The notes beneath the pieces were generated by a model that was not told the DNA's origin, made no database searches, and was given only the letters and a program-made list of their open reading frames with translations. Positions 1 to 9,042 of a stretch of DNA of 64,000 bases are shown here, piece by piece. The position numbers were made by a program, and so were the translations under genes. Each line of letters opens with the position of its first letter. Within the stretch, counting starts at the first letter, position 1. The DNA is from an uncultured delta proteobacterium (GTDB lineage Bacteria; Myxococcota_A; Polyangia; Polyangiales; Polyangiaceae), in assembly GCA_963806225.1 (NCBI GenBank), contig CAWDXG010000003.1:1-64000 (forward strand), written 5' to 3'.

Positions 1-45
1 TTTGCGGAATTTGTCAACGGGGATGAGACAGCGGTCATGACAATT

Positions 46-1167
46 CTATGAGGGAAGCGTTGCTGTTGCGGCAGCCGGCGGGTCGCGTCGCGGCGCGCTC
101 GCCGCGGCGTGAGGCGCCATCTGCGATCTGCTCGCGGGCGAGGCGTCGTCGATGGGGGGAGCGTTGGCGTTCACCGAAACCGTCGACGCTTCCAGCGGGT
201 TGATGTGCACCTCTGGGGGCGGCAGCGCAGCCTTGGGTGGGCCGTTCGGAAAGCGGCCGGGGTACAGCGCGTACTGGGCGTCGAGGGTGTCCTGGCGCAC
301 GCGGTGCACGGCGGCAACGCGCCCGGAGAACACCTCCGCCGGCGTGAAGAGAGCGAGCCCGGAGTGCTGATGGTCGTCGTTGTGCCAAGCGAAGAACGGT
401 TCGAGCCAGCCGCGCGCGTGCAGCACACCCGAGAAACGACCGGGGTAGTCCGGCTGGTACTTGAGGGTCTTGAACTGCGCCTCGCTGAAGGCGTTGTCAT
501 CGGAGACGTGAGGGCGGCTGAAGCTCTGGCTGGCGCCGAGGGTTCCGAGCAACTGTGCAAGCGTGTCGCTCTTCATGGCGGAGCCGCGATCGGAATGCAC
601 GGTGAGGCCCGGCTCGATCCCGTGACGCGCGACGGCCTCGGCGAAGAGCTGGGCAGCGAGATGCTTGCACTCCTTCGCGGCCACCATCCAGCCGACGACG
701 TAGCGACTGAACAGGTCGATGATCACGTAGGCGTGCAGGAAGACGCCGCGCTCCAACGTGGCGAGCTTGGTGATGTCCCACGTCCACACCTGGTTCGGCG
801 CCGTCGCGGTGAGCGAGGGCTTCACGTACCGACGCGGAAGCCGCTGGTTTCTCCGCTCGTTCGACTCCCCGAGCTCGGCGAGCACGCGGTAGATGGTGCG
901 GATGGACGCGAGGTACACGCCCCGGCTGAGCAGCTTTGCGAACACCTCCATCGGCGGCTGGTCCACGAACTCCGGCGTGTGCATCACGTCGACGATGGCC
1001 TGCCGCTCGTCGTCGCTCAGCCTGCGAGGGCTGGGCGCACGCTCACGCACGGTCGGTGGCGCGGAGGGTGCCGTCGCCCGGTACAGGGTGGCCCGACTCA
1101 CGCCAAGCGCGGCGCACGCGGCGACCACCGGAACGACTGGGTCAGCGAGGTCTTCGACGAGGTCCAT
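46..1167 (-). CDS. IS3-family transposase OrfB (rve/DDE catalytic domain)
   Basis: Motifs APNQVWTWDITKL, IIDLFSRYVVGW, HSDRGSAM, DNAFSEAQFKTLK. The ATG overlaps the orfA stop (TGATG). Confidence 0.92.
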   Translation of the reverse strand: MDLVEDLADPVVPVVAACAALGVSRATLYRATAPSAPPTVRERAPSPRRLSDDERQAIVDVMHTPEFVDQPPMEVFAKLLSRGVYLASIRTIYRVLAELGESNERRNQRLPRRYVKPSLTATAPNQVWTWDITKLATLERGVFLHAYVIIDLFSRYVVGWMVAAKECKHLAAQLFAEAVARHGIEPGLTVHSDRGSAMKSDTLAQLLGTLGASQSFSRPHVSDDNAFSEAQFKTLKYQPDYPGRFSGVLHARGWLEPFFAWHNDDHQHSGLALFTPAEVFSGRVAAVHRVRQDTLDAQYALYPGRFPNGPPKAALPPPEVHINPLEASTVSVNANAPPIDDASPASRSQMAPHAAASAPRRDPPAAATATLPS

Positions 1168-1625
1168 CAACTGTCTCCGTCGCTCTCGGGGAGTGCAATC
1201 CCCAGCACCTCGTGCGCTTTTTTTTGGAGGTCGATGAGCACGTTGGCGATGTGGAGCTTTCGCTCGAGCTCCGCATTGCGCTTCGTGAGCTCCACGTTGC
1301 GCTTCTCGGCCTCGGTGAGCCGCGGCTTGCGGCCGGGCTTCTTCGCCGCCAGGCCGGCTGCACCGTGCGCGCCGAGCTGCGTGCGCCACGACGACAGGAG
1401 CGAGCTGTAGATGCCCTCCCGCCGAAGCAGCGCCTCCAGGTCGCCGCGCTTGCCGCTCGTCAGACAGGCGTCGGCCTCCTTCACGATGCGGAGCTTGTCG
1501 GCAGCGCTAAAGACCCGGCGAGTCCGTTTCGGCACGGTCTCCAGTGTAGCCCTGCTCACGCGTGTCTGTCGGCGCTCGCTCTCGGGCGAGGTGCTACGGT
1601 CGGAAATTCGGGATGGTTTCGGCAC
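1167..1625 (-). CDS. IS3-family transposase OrfA (HTH + leucine zipper)
   Basis: RRVFSAADKLRIV...LLRREGIYSSLLSSWR HTH followed by a heptad coiled coil ending IDLQKKA. Confidence 0.88.
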   Translation of the reverse strand: MPKPSRISDRSTSPESERRQTRVSRATLETVPKRTRRVFSAADKLRIVKEADACLTSGKRGDLEALLRREGIYSSLLSSWRTQLGAHGAAGLAAKKPGRKPRLTEAEKRNVELTKRNAELERKLHIANVLIDLQKKAHEVLGIALPESDGDS

Positions 1626-1819
1626 GATCTGCGATCCATTCTCCGCCCATCGGTACTTAGGATTCGAGGGGGAGCTGTCTCACGCGACGTTGGCACAGGG
1701 GGCGGCCGCGTGCAACAATGCCATCAGCTCGTGCACGCATCCGAACGCTTGCGAAGCGTGTTGACTGCCGCGAAGGGCGCTGGGCCGGCGCGCCCCTCTC
1801 GCGCCGGCCCAGCGAAGGG

Positions 1820-2116
1820 CTACTCGTCGTCGTCGAGCTCGTCGTCATCGTCGTCGAGCTCGTCTTCGTCGTCCGCGTCTTCGGCGGTGTCATCCCGGTT
1901 CGGCGCGTAGTCGCCGCAGGCGTCGAACTCGTCGGCGAGCTCCATCACGTCGTCGTGATCGAGCACGTAGCTGGTTCCGACGCGCCGAAATGTGCCGCCA
2001 GCACGAACAGCACGGCGCAGCTCTTGCTCGTCCACGTCGAGAAGCCGAGCAGCTTCCGCCACGCTCGCGACGCCGCGATTGCCGTCGTCCTCGAAGAATT
2101 CGTCGATCTGATTCAT
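1820..2116 (-). CDS. small HTH (excisionase-like) protein with acidic tail
   Basis: SVAEAARLLDVDEQELRRAVR HTH-like segment, RRVGTSYV wing, D/E-rich C-terminus, GGAGG RBS upstream. Confidence 0.6.
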   Translation of the reverse strand: MNQIDEFFEDDGNRGVASVAEAARLLDVDEQELRRAVRAGGTFRRVGTSYVLDHDDVMELADEFDACGDYAPNRDDTAEDADDEDELDDDDDELDDDE

Positions 2117-2194
2117 TGACGCTACCTCCAGTTCAGGAAGTAGATACGCCCGTATGCGACCACAAGACGCCAGCGTGCGCACACAACGCGCCGT

Positions 2195-2389
2195 CTATCG
2201 TTTAGGTGCAGCGGCTTCCGCATCGCCTGATGCGTCCGGCGTGTCCGTCAGCTTGTCGAACACCTTCAGGCGCGTGTAGGTCGATGCGTCGATCCCGAGC
2301 TCAGTAGCGCGACGACGTAGGTCCTCACGCTCGGCTTCTGTGAGCCAAACCGTGAAGCGCTCCGTTCGTGTTCGGGTCGGTAGCCTCAT
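2195..2389 (-). CDS. small ribbon-helix-helix (MobC/CopG-like) protein
   Basis: RTERFTVWLTEAEREDLRRRATELGIDASTYTR matches the RHH beta-strand/helix/helix pattern. Confidence 0.65.
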   Translation of the reverse strand: MRLPTRTRTERFTVWLTEAEREDLRRRATELGIDASTYTRLKVFDKLTDTPDASGDAEAAAPKR

Positions 2390-2498
2390 AGACACGAGCG
2401 TAGCGCCAGAGCCCCCGAATGGAAAGGGCGGCCCTGTGCGCCCTGCGTGCGCATGCAAGGCGCTACCCGGGGATTGGCGGCAGTGCTCGGATCCACCT

Positions 2499-3878
2499 AT
2501 GGCAGAAGTCGACGAGGCCGATTGGGCGACCGTTGCGGAGGCCGCGGCAACGACGGGCGCGGCGCCGCGAACCGTCTACGCATGGGCCGAGCGAGGCCAG
2601 GTACCCCATCGTGCCGACGACGGACGAATGCTTGTGCAGCTCTCTGCAGTGCAAGCGCGTGCTGCGCGTCGTGCACTGCAATCCCAGCCGATTGCACGCG
2701 CACAGCGCGGCGATGCGGAGCACGCATCTGCGGCGGAGAGCGAAGATGTGAAGGCCGCGCGCGACCGCATCGAGCTGGCGAAGCTTGCTGCCGAGCAAGC
2801 TCGTGCCGAGCGCGACCGGCTCGGCGCGCAGCAGGAGCTCGCGGAGGCGACATCCGCCGTGCAGCGCGCAGCGGCCGAAGGCGAGCTCGGCTTCCGCCGC
2901 GCCACGTTGGAGGCCGACGACATGGCGCTGCGACTGGAACGCCAGCGAGCCACCGAAGCGGCACGTGCCAGGGATCAGGCGGCGCGCGCCACGATCGAGC
3001 GCGAGCGGGCCCGGCGCAAACAGGCCGACGAGAACCGCCGGCAGCGCTGGAGCGCGGAGTGGGTCGCTTGGGCGGTCGAGGGCGCGAACACACATCTCGG
3101 CGGCCCGGCCGCGGTGATCGCCGCCCAAACAGTGAAGCAGGCGCTCACCGAGCTGACGCCGGAGACGCCGCACACGGCAGTCGCGGCCTTGTTGGACGCA
3201 AAGCTGACGCTGGCGCTCACGCAACACATAGAAGCCAAGCGTTCGGCACAGCTCGCTCAGGCCCGCGCTCGCCTCGTAGAGCAAGCACTCCGCCAGCCGA
3301 TCGTGCGCGAACGTAGTGCAGAGGGTCGAACCGCGGCTCGGGAAGCGGCCGAAGCCGAGGCCGCTAGGGTCAATGTCGCGACCGAAGCCGCTGCGGATCG
3401 CGTGTCGTTTGCCGCCCGCGCCGTCGCCCGCGAGCACAAGAACCGAGAAGACCGCGCGGCGGACCAAGAGTGGCGGGCTCGACACTGGCGCGAGCTGTAT
3501 GGGGAATTGCCGGAAATGTCGCAGCGCCTCTTGCCGTGCGATGCGACGGCGGCGGACCGCGAGTCTCTTCTCGGCCAGCTGCGAAGTCTCTACCAGAAGA
3601 TCGGCCCCTGTCTGTGGTTCGACTTCAACCCTGCGGCCCGCGCGGCAGCTGCTCCCATCGTCGCTCGCGTCAAGGAGCGGCGCGAGTGGTCGATTCGACG
3701 CCGCGACATCGACCACCGCGTCCGGATGGCACTCCCTTGGCGAAGTAGCGAGGAAGAGCGCACCCGCGTCGCGCGTGAGCTCGAACAGCTGCTCGATCGG
3801 TGCATAGCGGAGGGGGCGACGCCGCACCAATATGACAACCGAGCGAAGCGTTTTCTGGTGCGCGCAGGTTCAGGCTGA
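2499..3878 (+). CDS. N-terminal HTH + long coiled-coil hypothetical protein
   Basis: WATVAEAAATTGAAPRTVYAWAERGQV (MerR/HTH_17-like), then A/E/R-rich heptads. Start chosen at ATG 2499 within the 512-aa ORF. Confidence 0.65.
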   Translation: MAEVDEADWATVAEAAATTGAAPRTVYAWAERGQVPHRADDGRMLVQLSAVQARAARRALQSQPIARAQRGDAEHASAAESEDVKAARDRIELAKLAAEQARAERDRLGAQQELAEATSAVQRAAAEGELGFRRATLEADDMALRLERQRATEAARARDQAARATIERERARRKQADENRRQRWSAEWVAWAVEGANTHLGGPAAVIAAQTVKQALTELTPETPHTAVAALLDAKLTLALTQHIEAKRSAQLAQARARLVEQALRQPIVRERSAEGRTAAREAAEAEAARVNVATEAAADRVSFAARAVAREHKNREDRAADQEWRARHWRELYGELPEMSQRLLPCDATAADRESLLGQLRSLYQKIGPCLWFDFNPAARAAAAPIVARVKERREWSIRRRDIDHRVRMALPWRSSEEERTRVARELEQLLDRCIAEGATPHQYDNRAKRFLVRAGSG

Positions 3879-3891
3879 CCTTCCGCAAACG

Positions 3892-4599
3892 CTATTCGCT
3901 GGACGCCATCCGATGGCGAAGTCGGTCTTCGAGATCCCTGGCGATCTGGGCGATGGTCTCGAGCTCGGCCTCGTCCGCCACAGTTACGCTCAGCTTGCTA
4001 CCCACACGCAGCAGAGCCAATTCATCGGGAAAGATTCCCAAGAAGCGATCGAGGTCGTCGCCGGCCAGCAGTTTGTACCGACGCTCGGTGCCGTCTGCGA
4101 GTTCCATCTCCAGCGATCGCGATAGCTTGATGCGCACCCCACTCGGAATGCGCAATTCTCTAACCACAAGCGTGACGATGCGCATTCCATCTGGAAGAAG
4201 GCATCTGCTCTCGACTTCCAGAACAACGACGGGCGGTCGATCCGATCCGAGGATGCGGCACTCGTTCTGAGCCAGGTCGAGCCGAGCTTGACCCCGTTTC
4301 GATTTGACGAATGTGGCGAGCCGCGCGCCCTCCACGCCACACTCCGCAAGCGCGCGGCGAACCTCGTGTGTCAGCTTGCTGATCCGATCGAACGCATGCT
4401 TGTCTCCGATCTCGTGAAGATATGCCGTCGCGACAGGAATGGACACCCATTCCGGCGCAAAGTGCGCGAGCACCCGGAGTGCAACGAATTTGCGTGGCCC
4501 CCACCGCGCCGACCGAGCGTGAAGCCGAACACCGTCAAACGTCACCGTAAGGTTGGTCGGTTCGACAATCAGCCGAGGGGACTTGCTCGCCTCTGTCAT
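3892..4599 (-). CDS. putative winged-helix regulator / hypothetical protein
   Basis: 235-aa ORF. The N-terminal half resembles an OmpR-type wHTH (ALRVLAHFAPEWVS...ISKLTHEVRRAL...VKSKRG). Divergent from the replication genes. Confidence 0.5.
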   Translation of the reverse strand: MTEASKSPRLIVEPTNLTVTFDGVRLHARSARWGPRKFVALRVLAHFAPEWVSIPVATAYLHEIGDKHAFDRISKLTHEVRRALAECGVEGARLATFVKSKRGQARLDLAQNECRILGSDRPPVVVLEVESRCLLPDGMRIVTLVVRELRIPSGVRIKLSRSLEMELADGTERRYKLLAGDDLDRFLGIFPDELALLRVGSKLSVTVADEAELETIAQIARDLEDRLRHRMASSE

Positions 4600-4767
4600 G
4601 CTCGTTCATTCTGTCGGACACCAGGTTGGGACACAGCATCGCGCGCTACCTTTCAGTAATCATTATGTAATCACGGGGTAGCCGGAACACCGTCCGCACC
4701 AATAGCGACCGCGCCTCCCGGTTGGGGAGGCCCCTGGGACGCTGGAAACGCGCGTAGCGGAATAGCC

Positions 4768-5388
4768 ATGCGCCGGTCCCAACGCACACACAACGACGCG
4801 CCCTGCCCGACCTGTGGGCGGCCGCCATGGCTCCCTGACCTGACGGCGCGCGTCTACGAGGCCGCTGTCGTCCTAGATATTGGCGGCTACCCGCCACCGG
4901 CAGACATCGCTGCCGAGGAGGACTGCGTCGCCGGGCTGGCGATGGGATACGTTGCTCCGGCCGACCTGCTCCCCCTCGCACCGGGCCATTTCGCGCAGCA
5001 CGACTTGGCCGACGTGGCATGCGCCGTTGAAGCCGTCGTTGCCTGCGGATTGCCCGTTCGTCTGAAGACGATCGCTGCGGCGCTCCATGCCTCTGGATCA
5101 GCAGTCCGTGTCACCGACCTGCAGCGTCTCGATAGCGTGCCTGCATTTGCCCCGCGTCGCTATCGGCTGCGTGCTCGCCGTGTCTGGGTGCTCGCAGAGA
5201 TGCGCGCGCTCTGCCGCGTCCTCACCGAAGTGGATGCGCAGCTTCGCGCGGCACCCGCACTGATCTCAGACCCAGAAGAGGCGCCGATCGGCATCTACAC
5301 GGCCCAGGTCGCTCGACTTGCGTCCGCGCTCGATCGGCACTGCCGCCTTGTGCAGTGGTTGCTTGGCCAACGCTGGGAGGCAGCATGA
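4768..5388 (+). CDS. DnaB N-terminal-domain-like protein
   Basis: PPPADIAAEEDCVAGL...LAPGHF...AVEAVVACGLPVRLKTIAAAL resembles the DnaB-N pattern PPxxxEAExxVLG...LxPxDF...GxPxDxxTV. No RecA-type motor domain. Confidence 0.55.
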   Translation: MRRSQRTHNDAPCPTCGRPPWLPDLTARVYEAAVVLDIGGYPPPADIAAEEDCVAGLAMGYVAPADLLPLAPGHFAQHDLADVACAVEAVVACGLPVRLKTIAAALHASGSAVRVTDLQRLDSVPAFAPRRYRLRARRVWVLAEMRALCRVLTEVDAQLRAAPALISDPEEAPIGIYTAQVARLASALDRHCRLVQWLLGQRWEAA

Positions 5389-6686
5389 TGAGGCGCGTGC
5401 TGGAACGGGGCGATGAGGCCGAGCTGGCCGACGTTGCGATCCAGTCGCTGGGTGCGCGCGCCGACCTCGTGTCGGAAGCCGGCGTTGTCTACGGCTACCG
5501 CGACGGGATCTACGAGGCCATCGACAACTTGGCGATCGAGCGCCGCATAAAGAAGCTGGCGGGCAGCCCAATAGGCAACGGCAGTCGAACGCTCCGTGTC
5601 CAGTCCTCGACAACCCGAGGAGCGCTGCGCCTCGCTCACATCGAGCTCGCCGAGCCGGGTTTTTTCGACGAAGCCGTGCCGGGCGTAGCCTTTCAGGACT
5701 TGTTCGTTCGAGTGGCTGCCGACGGTCTGCACACCGAACCACTCGCGCGAGAGCACCGGGCCCGTCATCGCTACCAGTTTCCCTATGCGGGCGGAGCGAG
5801 GCCGCTGCGGTTCCTACGGTTCGTGGACGATGTCTTCGGTGGCAGTCCCGACGCGAACGACAAGGTTCTGTCGTACCAAGAGTTCTTCGGAGCCGCGATC
5901 GTGCAGATCGCCTCGCCCTTCCAACGCGCCCTGCTGCTCTATGGGGCAGGCGGGAATGCCAAGACCACCGTCACCGAGATCTGCGAGAAGGCTATGCCAG
6001 TGGGCTCCGTGGTGACGTTGCCGCCCTCCGTCATGAGCGACCAGTACTCCCGGTCGCTCCTGCGCAACGCATTGCTGAACGTCGGAGCTGACATAACCGA
6101 TGCAACGCTCGGCCCGGCCGTGAAGGCGATCATCTCCGGTGATCAGGTTCACGCGCGCAACCCGGGCGAAGCGGCCATCCACTTCAAGCCAAAGTGCGCC
6201 CACATATTCGGTGCGAACGAGTTCCCTCGGACAAAGGACACCACGCGCGGATTCTGGCGGCGCTGGCTAATCCTTCCTATGATTCGGAACTTCGACGTTG
6301 ATCCTGCACGTGACGTCCACATCGCGCAGCGAATCATCGCCGAAGAACTCTCCGATATCGTGCGCTGGGCGCTCCTGGGCGCATCTCGGCTGCTGCGCCA
6401 AGGCGGATACACTCTCCCGCTAAGCCACCACCTCGCACTTGCGGAATGGCGCAAAGTCGACGACCGGGTGCGCCTGTTCCTCGATCAATGCACGCGCCCC
6501 GCTGCGGGGGACGAGTCGTCGCCAGCCGCCGGGCTCTACGAGATGTTCATGGCGTGGGCGAAAGCGAACCACGTGAACGGCATGACGGACACCGCGTTCG
6601 GCATCCAGCTGAATGACTTGGGCATCCCTCACAAGCGTGCCGCGTCGGGCGTGCGCTACGCCGTCGTCCTTCGGAGCACGTCGTGA
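5385..6686 (+). CDS. D5-like/P4-family SF3 helicase (primase C-terminal type), no primase domain
   Basis: Walker A-like LLLYGAGGNAKTT, KAIISGDQVHAR, motif C IFGANEFP, GFWRRWLILP, C-terminal wHTH (LYEMFMAWA). ATGA overlap with the upstream gene. Confidence 0.88.
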   Translation: MMRRVLERGDEAELADVAIQSLGARADLVSEAGVVYGYRDGIYEAIDNLAIERRIKKLAGSPIGNGSRTLRVQSSTTRGALRLAHIELAEPGFFDEAVPGVAFQDLFVRVAADGLHTEPLAREHRARHRYQFPYAGGARPLRFLRFVDDVFGGSPDANDKVLSYQEFFGAAIVQIASPFQRALLLYGAGGNAKTTVTEICEKAMPVGSVVTLPPSVMSDQYSRSLLRNALLNVGADITDATLGPAVKAIISGDQVHARNPGEAAIHFKPKCAHIFGANEFPRTKDTTRGFWRRWLILPMIRNFDVDPARDVHIAQRIIAEELSDIVRWALLGASRLLRQGGYTLPLSHHLALAEWRKVDDRVRLFLDQCTRPAAGDESSPAAGLYEMFMAWAKANHVNGMTDTAFGIQLNDLGIPHKRAASGVRYAVVLRSTS

Positions 6687-6859
6687 CGGCTTCGCTACCG
6701 GAATGCAGGGTGTGTAGCGTTGCGCGGAGCGCACCCGTCTCGTGGCACAAACGCACGTGGTTTCTCCTTCGCAGCGAATCAGCCAAGACCCTGCACACCA
6801 GACATCTGGCGGTTGGGGCCGATGTCTGACCGAGAGCGCCTTCACGGCGCGAGCCCACC

Positions 6860-7190
6860 ATGAGCCGCGGCCTGGGAACAGTGCAGCGGCACGCGCTGCT
6901 CGCCCTGGCCGCGTCGCCCGAAGGCCTCACGCTGGCCGAGGTCCAGGCAGCAGCCGTTGGCGTGCGTCGTGTTCGGCGGCGCGTCGGCCGACGCATGTTT
7001 GACGTTGAGGTCCCACTCGGGAGCACCGGAACCATGATGCGCGCCCTCCGCGGGTTAGCTGCTCGTGGGCTCGTGGAGATCCAGGTGACGCCGACCGGGC
7101 GGCGGCCCCGGGTGTTCAGCGCGAGCGCGGACGGGAAGGATTCTGGCTGCCGCGCTAAGAGCGAGTGTCACGTGCAACGTGGAGAGGGAC
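6860..7190 (+). CDS. small winged-helix protein (3' end uncertain)
   Basis: MSRGLGTVQRHALLAL...GLTLAEV...RALRGLAARGLVEI wHTH pattern. The frame has no stop until 7846, so the end is unresolved. Confidence 0.45.
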
Positions 7191-7191
7191 G

Positions 7192-7605
7192 ATGCGTGAC
7201 GCGCGGCATGGCATCGGCGCCACCCTCGTACGCGAGATGCTCGATGCGCTCGACGCCGACCCGGCGCTGCGCGAGCGGGCCCGGACCCTCTTGGCCGAGC
7301 TCGCGCCAGAGAGCATGGCCGGCGCCGAATTCGTCGACCGCCACGGAGCGGGATTGGGGCCAACCGAGTGGCACAACGCAACGCGGGAGATCGACACCTT
7401 CCTGGTGGGGCGGCGGCTGCTGGCGCGGGCCGCCGACCTTCGTCGATGGATCGAGGCCCGCCAGGTTGACCGCGAGGGGCGCCATCAAGAAGCAGATCTC
7501 GAAGCACATCGGGCGCGTCCGGATGAGCCTGATGAGTTCGACCGCGCGCTCACCGCGGGTCGTCTCGTCGTCCTTCGCGGCGGGGACGATGAAGACGGCC
7601 GCTGA
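7192..7605 (+). CDS. excisionase-like protein
   Basis: GGAGAGG RBS upstream. FLVGRRLLARAADLRRWIE resembles the wing/helix of Xis/HTH_17 proteins. Lies upstream of the integrase. Confidence 0.55.
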   Translation: MRDARHGIGATLVREMLDALDADPALRERARTLLAELAPESMAGAEFVDRHGAGLGPTEWHNATREIDTFLVGRRLLARAADLRRWIEARQVDREGRHQEADLEAHRARPDEPDEFDRALTAGRLVVLRGGDDEDGR

Positions 7606-7657
7606 GCTGGCGGCCGCAGGGTTGCGGCGTAGTGTCATATGCACTACAATCAGCAGG

Positions 7658-7846
7658 ATGGCAGCCCCGGGCCGCGAGCGCGTTCTGAACGTGCGGATGA
7701 CGGAGATAGAGATGCGGATGGTCAAGGCGCTCGCAGAGCACATGGGGCTCAAGCAGAGCGACGCGGTCCGGCAGCTCGTGCGACAGGCGTACCGTCGGGA
7801 GCGCCTTGGCGAACGCTCCAACACGCGATCTGGGGGCAAGAGATGA
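7658..7846 (+). CDS. ribbon-helix-helix (CopG-like) protein
   Basis: RERVLNVRMTEIEMRMVKALAEHMGLKQSDAVRQLVRQ. The stop overlaps the next ATG (ATGA). Confidence 0.7.
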   Translation: MAAPGRERVLNVRMTEIEMRMVKALAEHMGLKQSDAVRQLVRQAYRRERLGERSNTRSGGKR

Positions 7847-9039
7847 CCGGCCAGAGCCCGAGCGTCGCGCGCGACTGCATCATCGGCGGCGAGGCTCTGA
7901 CCCCGGATCAATGCGCAGACGAACACGTAATACCGAACGCACTCGGCGGGCGGCTGACGACACGCAACGCGACGTGCAAGGCCTGCAACTCACGGGCGGG
8001 GCACTCGATCGACGATGCGCTCATCAAGCCTTTCGCTGCTCTCGCGGCGATGTACGACGTTCCGCGTGATCGCAAGAAGCATCCGCGGCTCTCCCTTCCT
8101 GACAAGCGTACAGGAAAGCTGTACGAGCTCCGGAACACAGTCGGCAAGCCGCCGTTCGCCCTCGCGCCGAACATCCAAGTAACGAAGGACGCCGACGGGA
8201 AAAGGAACATCTCCTTTCACGCCGAGACAAAGGAGGAAGCGGAGCGCATCTACAACAAGCTAGTCGGTTCTGAACGAGCCAACGTTGAGCACTCCGACCT
8301 GAACAGCACGGTCCACGAGGGCGAGGCCTACGAGCTCACGATGCCGACCATCAGCGCAAGTGACACCGACATGCTGCGCGGGATCGCGAAGACTGCGGTC
8401 GTCTACGCTCGGCACGTTGGCATTCCGGTCTCGCGCTACGCGATCGCCGTGCAGTTCCTGCAAGGCAAGACGACGCCGCTTGTTCCCGTGTGTGTTCCCC
8501 GTACCGACGCGGTCACCGTGTCAGGGTGCGAAGAACAGCCGCTGCTTCACGCGGTCTCGCTGTTCCAAGAGCCCGGCAGCAGGGACCTGTTCGCCTACGT
8601 GCAACTCTTCCATGCTTTCGACTTCATCGTACTCGTCGACGAGGATGCCAACCCGCCGAGTGGGAATGCGCTACCGCGCTACACGATCGATCTCACGTTT
8701 GGGATACCAATGCCGTACTCACACCAGTGGCTTGTAGATGCCGCAACCATGCGCGGATGGCTCCGCGCCGAAACCGAGGGTGTAGGCGAACACTGGGGTG
8801 CCAGGTTCGGACCGCTTGAGTATTGGCAGAAACATCGAGGGGTGCTGTTCGCGAAGAGAGCTGCGGGGCCGGGCCTTGGTCAGCTGCTGTCGGCTATCGA
8901 ACGGGGGGAATCCCCGGAGCAGGTAGACGAGAGAGCGCACGCGGCAGCCGCTCGCGTCGGCAACAAGTACGGCTTCAAGACCATCGATCTCAAGCTCAGT
9001 GTCGAGCAGATTACTGGCAAGCCCCCGGAGAAACGGTAG
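7843..9039 (+). CDS. HNH endonuclease (HNH_5-like) with long C-terminal domain
   Basis: EHVIPNALGG...CKACNSRAG motif near the N-terminus. Confidence 0.85.
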   Translation: MTGQSPSVARDCIIGGEALTPDQCADEHVIPNALGGRLTTRNATCKACNSRAGHSIDDALIKPFAALAAMYDVPRDRKKHPRLSLPDKRTGKLYELRNTVGKPPFALAPNIQVTKDADGKRNISFHAETKEEAERIYNKLVGSERANVEHSDLNSTVHEGEAYELTMPTISASDTDMLRGIAKTAVVYARHVGIPVSRYAIAVQFLQGKTTPLVPVCVPRTDAVTVSGCEEQPLLHAVSLFQEPGSRDLFAYVQLFHAFDFIVLVDEDANPPSGNALPRYTIDLTFGIPMPYSHQWLVDAATMRGWLRAETEGVGEHWGARFGPLEYWQKHRGVLFAKRAAGPGLGQLLSAIERGESPEQVDERAHAAAARVGNKYGFKTIDLKLSVEQITGKPPEKR

Positions 9040-9042
9040 CCG

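Larger units (their letters stand above)
3..1697 (-). mobile_element. IS3-family insertion sequence (orfA/orfB, imperfect terminal inverted repeats)
   Basis: Left end TTTGTCAACGGGGATGAGACAGC (10-32) resembles the reverse complement of the right end, TGTGCCAACGTCGCGTGAGACAGC (1674-1697). The ends enclose an HTH orfA and a DDE orfB. Exact ends and target duplication cannot be resolved at the window edge. Confidence 0.85.

Noticed and set aside
6860..7846. 328-aa wHTH-RHH fusion ORF
   Set aside because: The middle is low-complexity shadow translation over a better ORF with an RBS (7192-7605). Separate small genes are more plausible.
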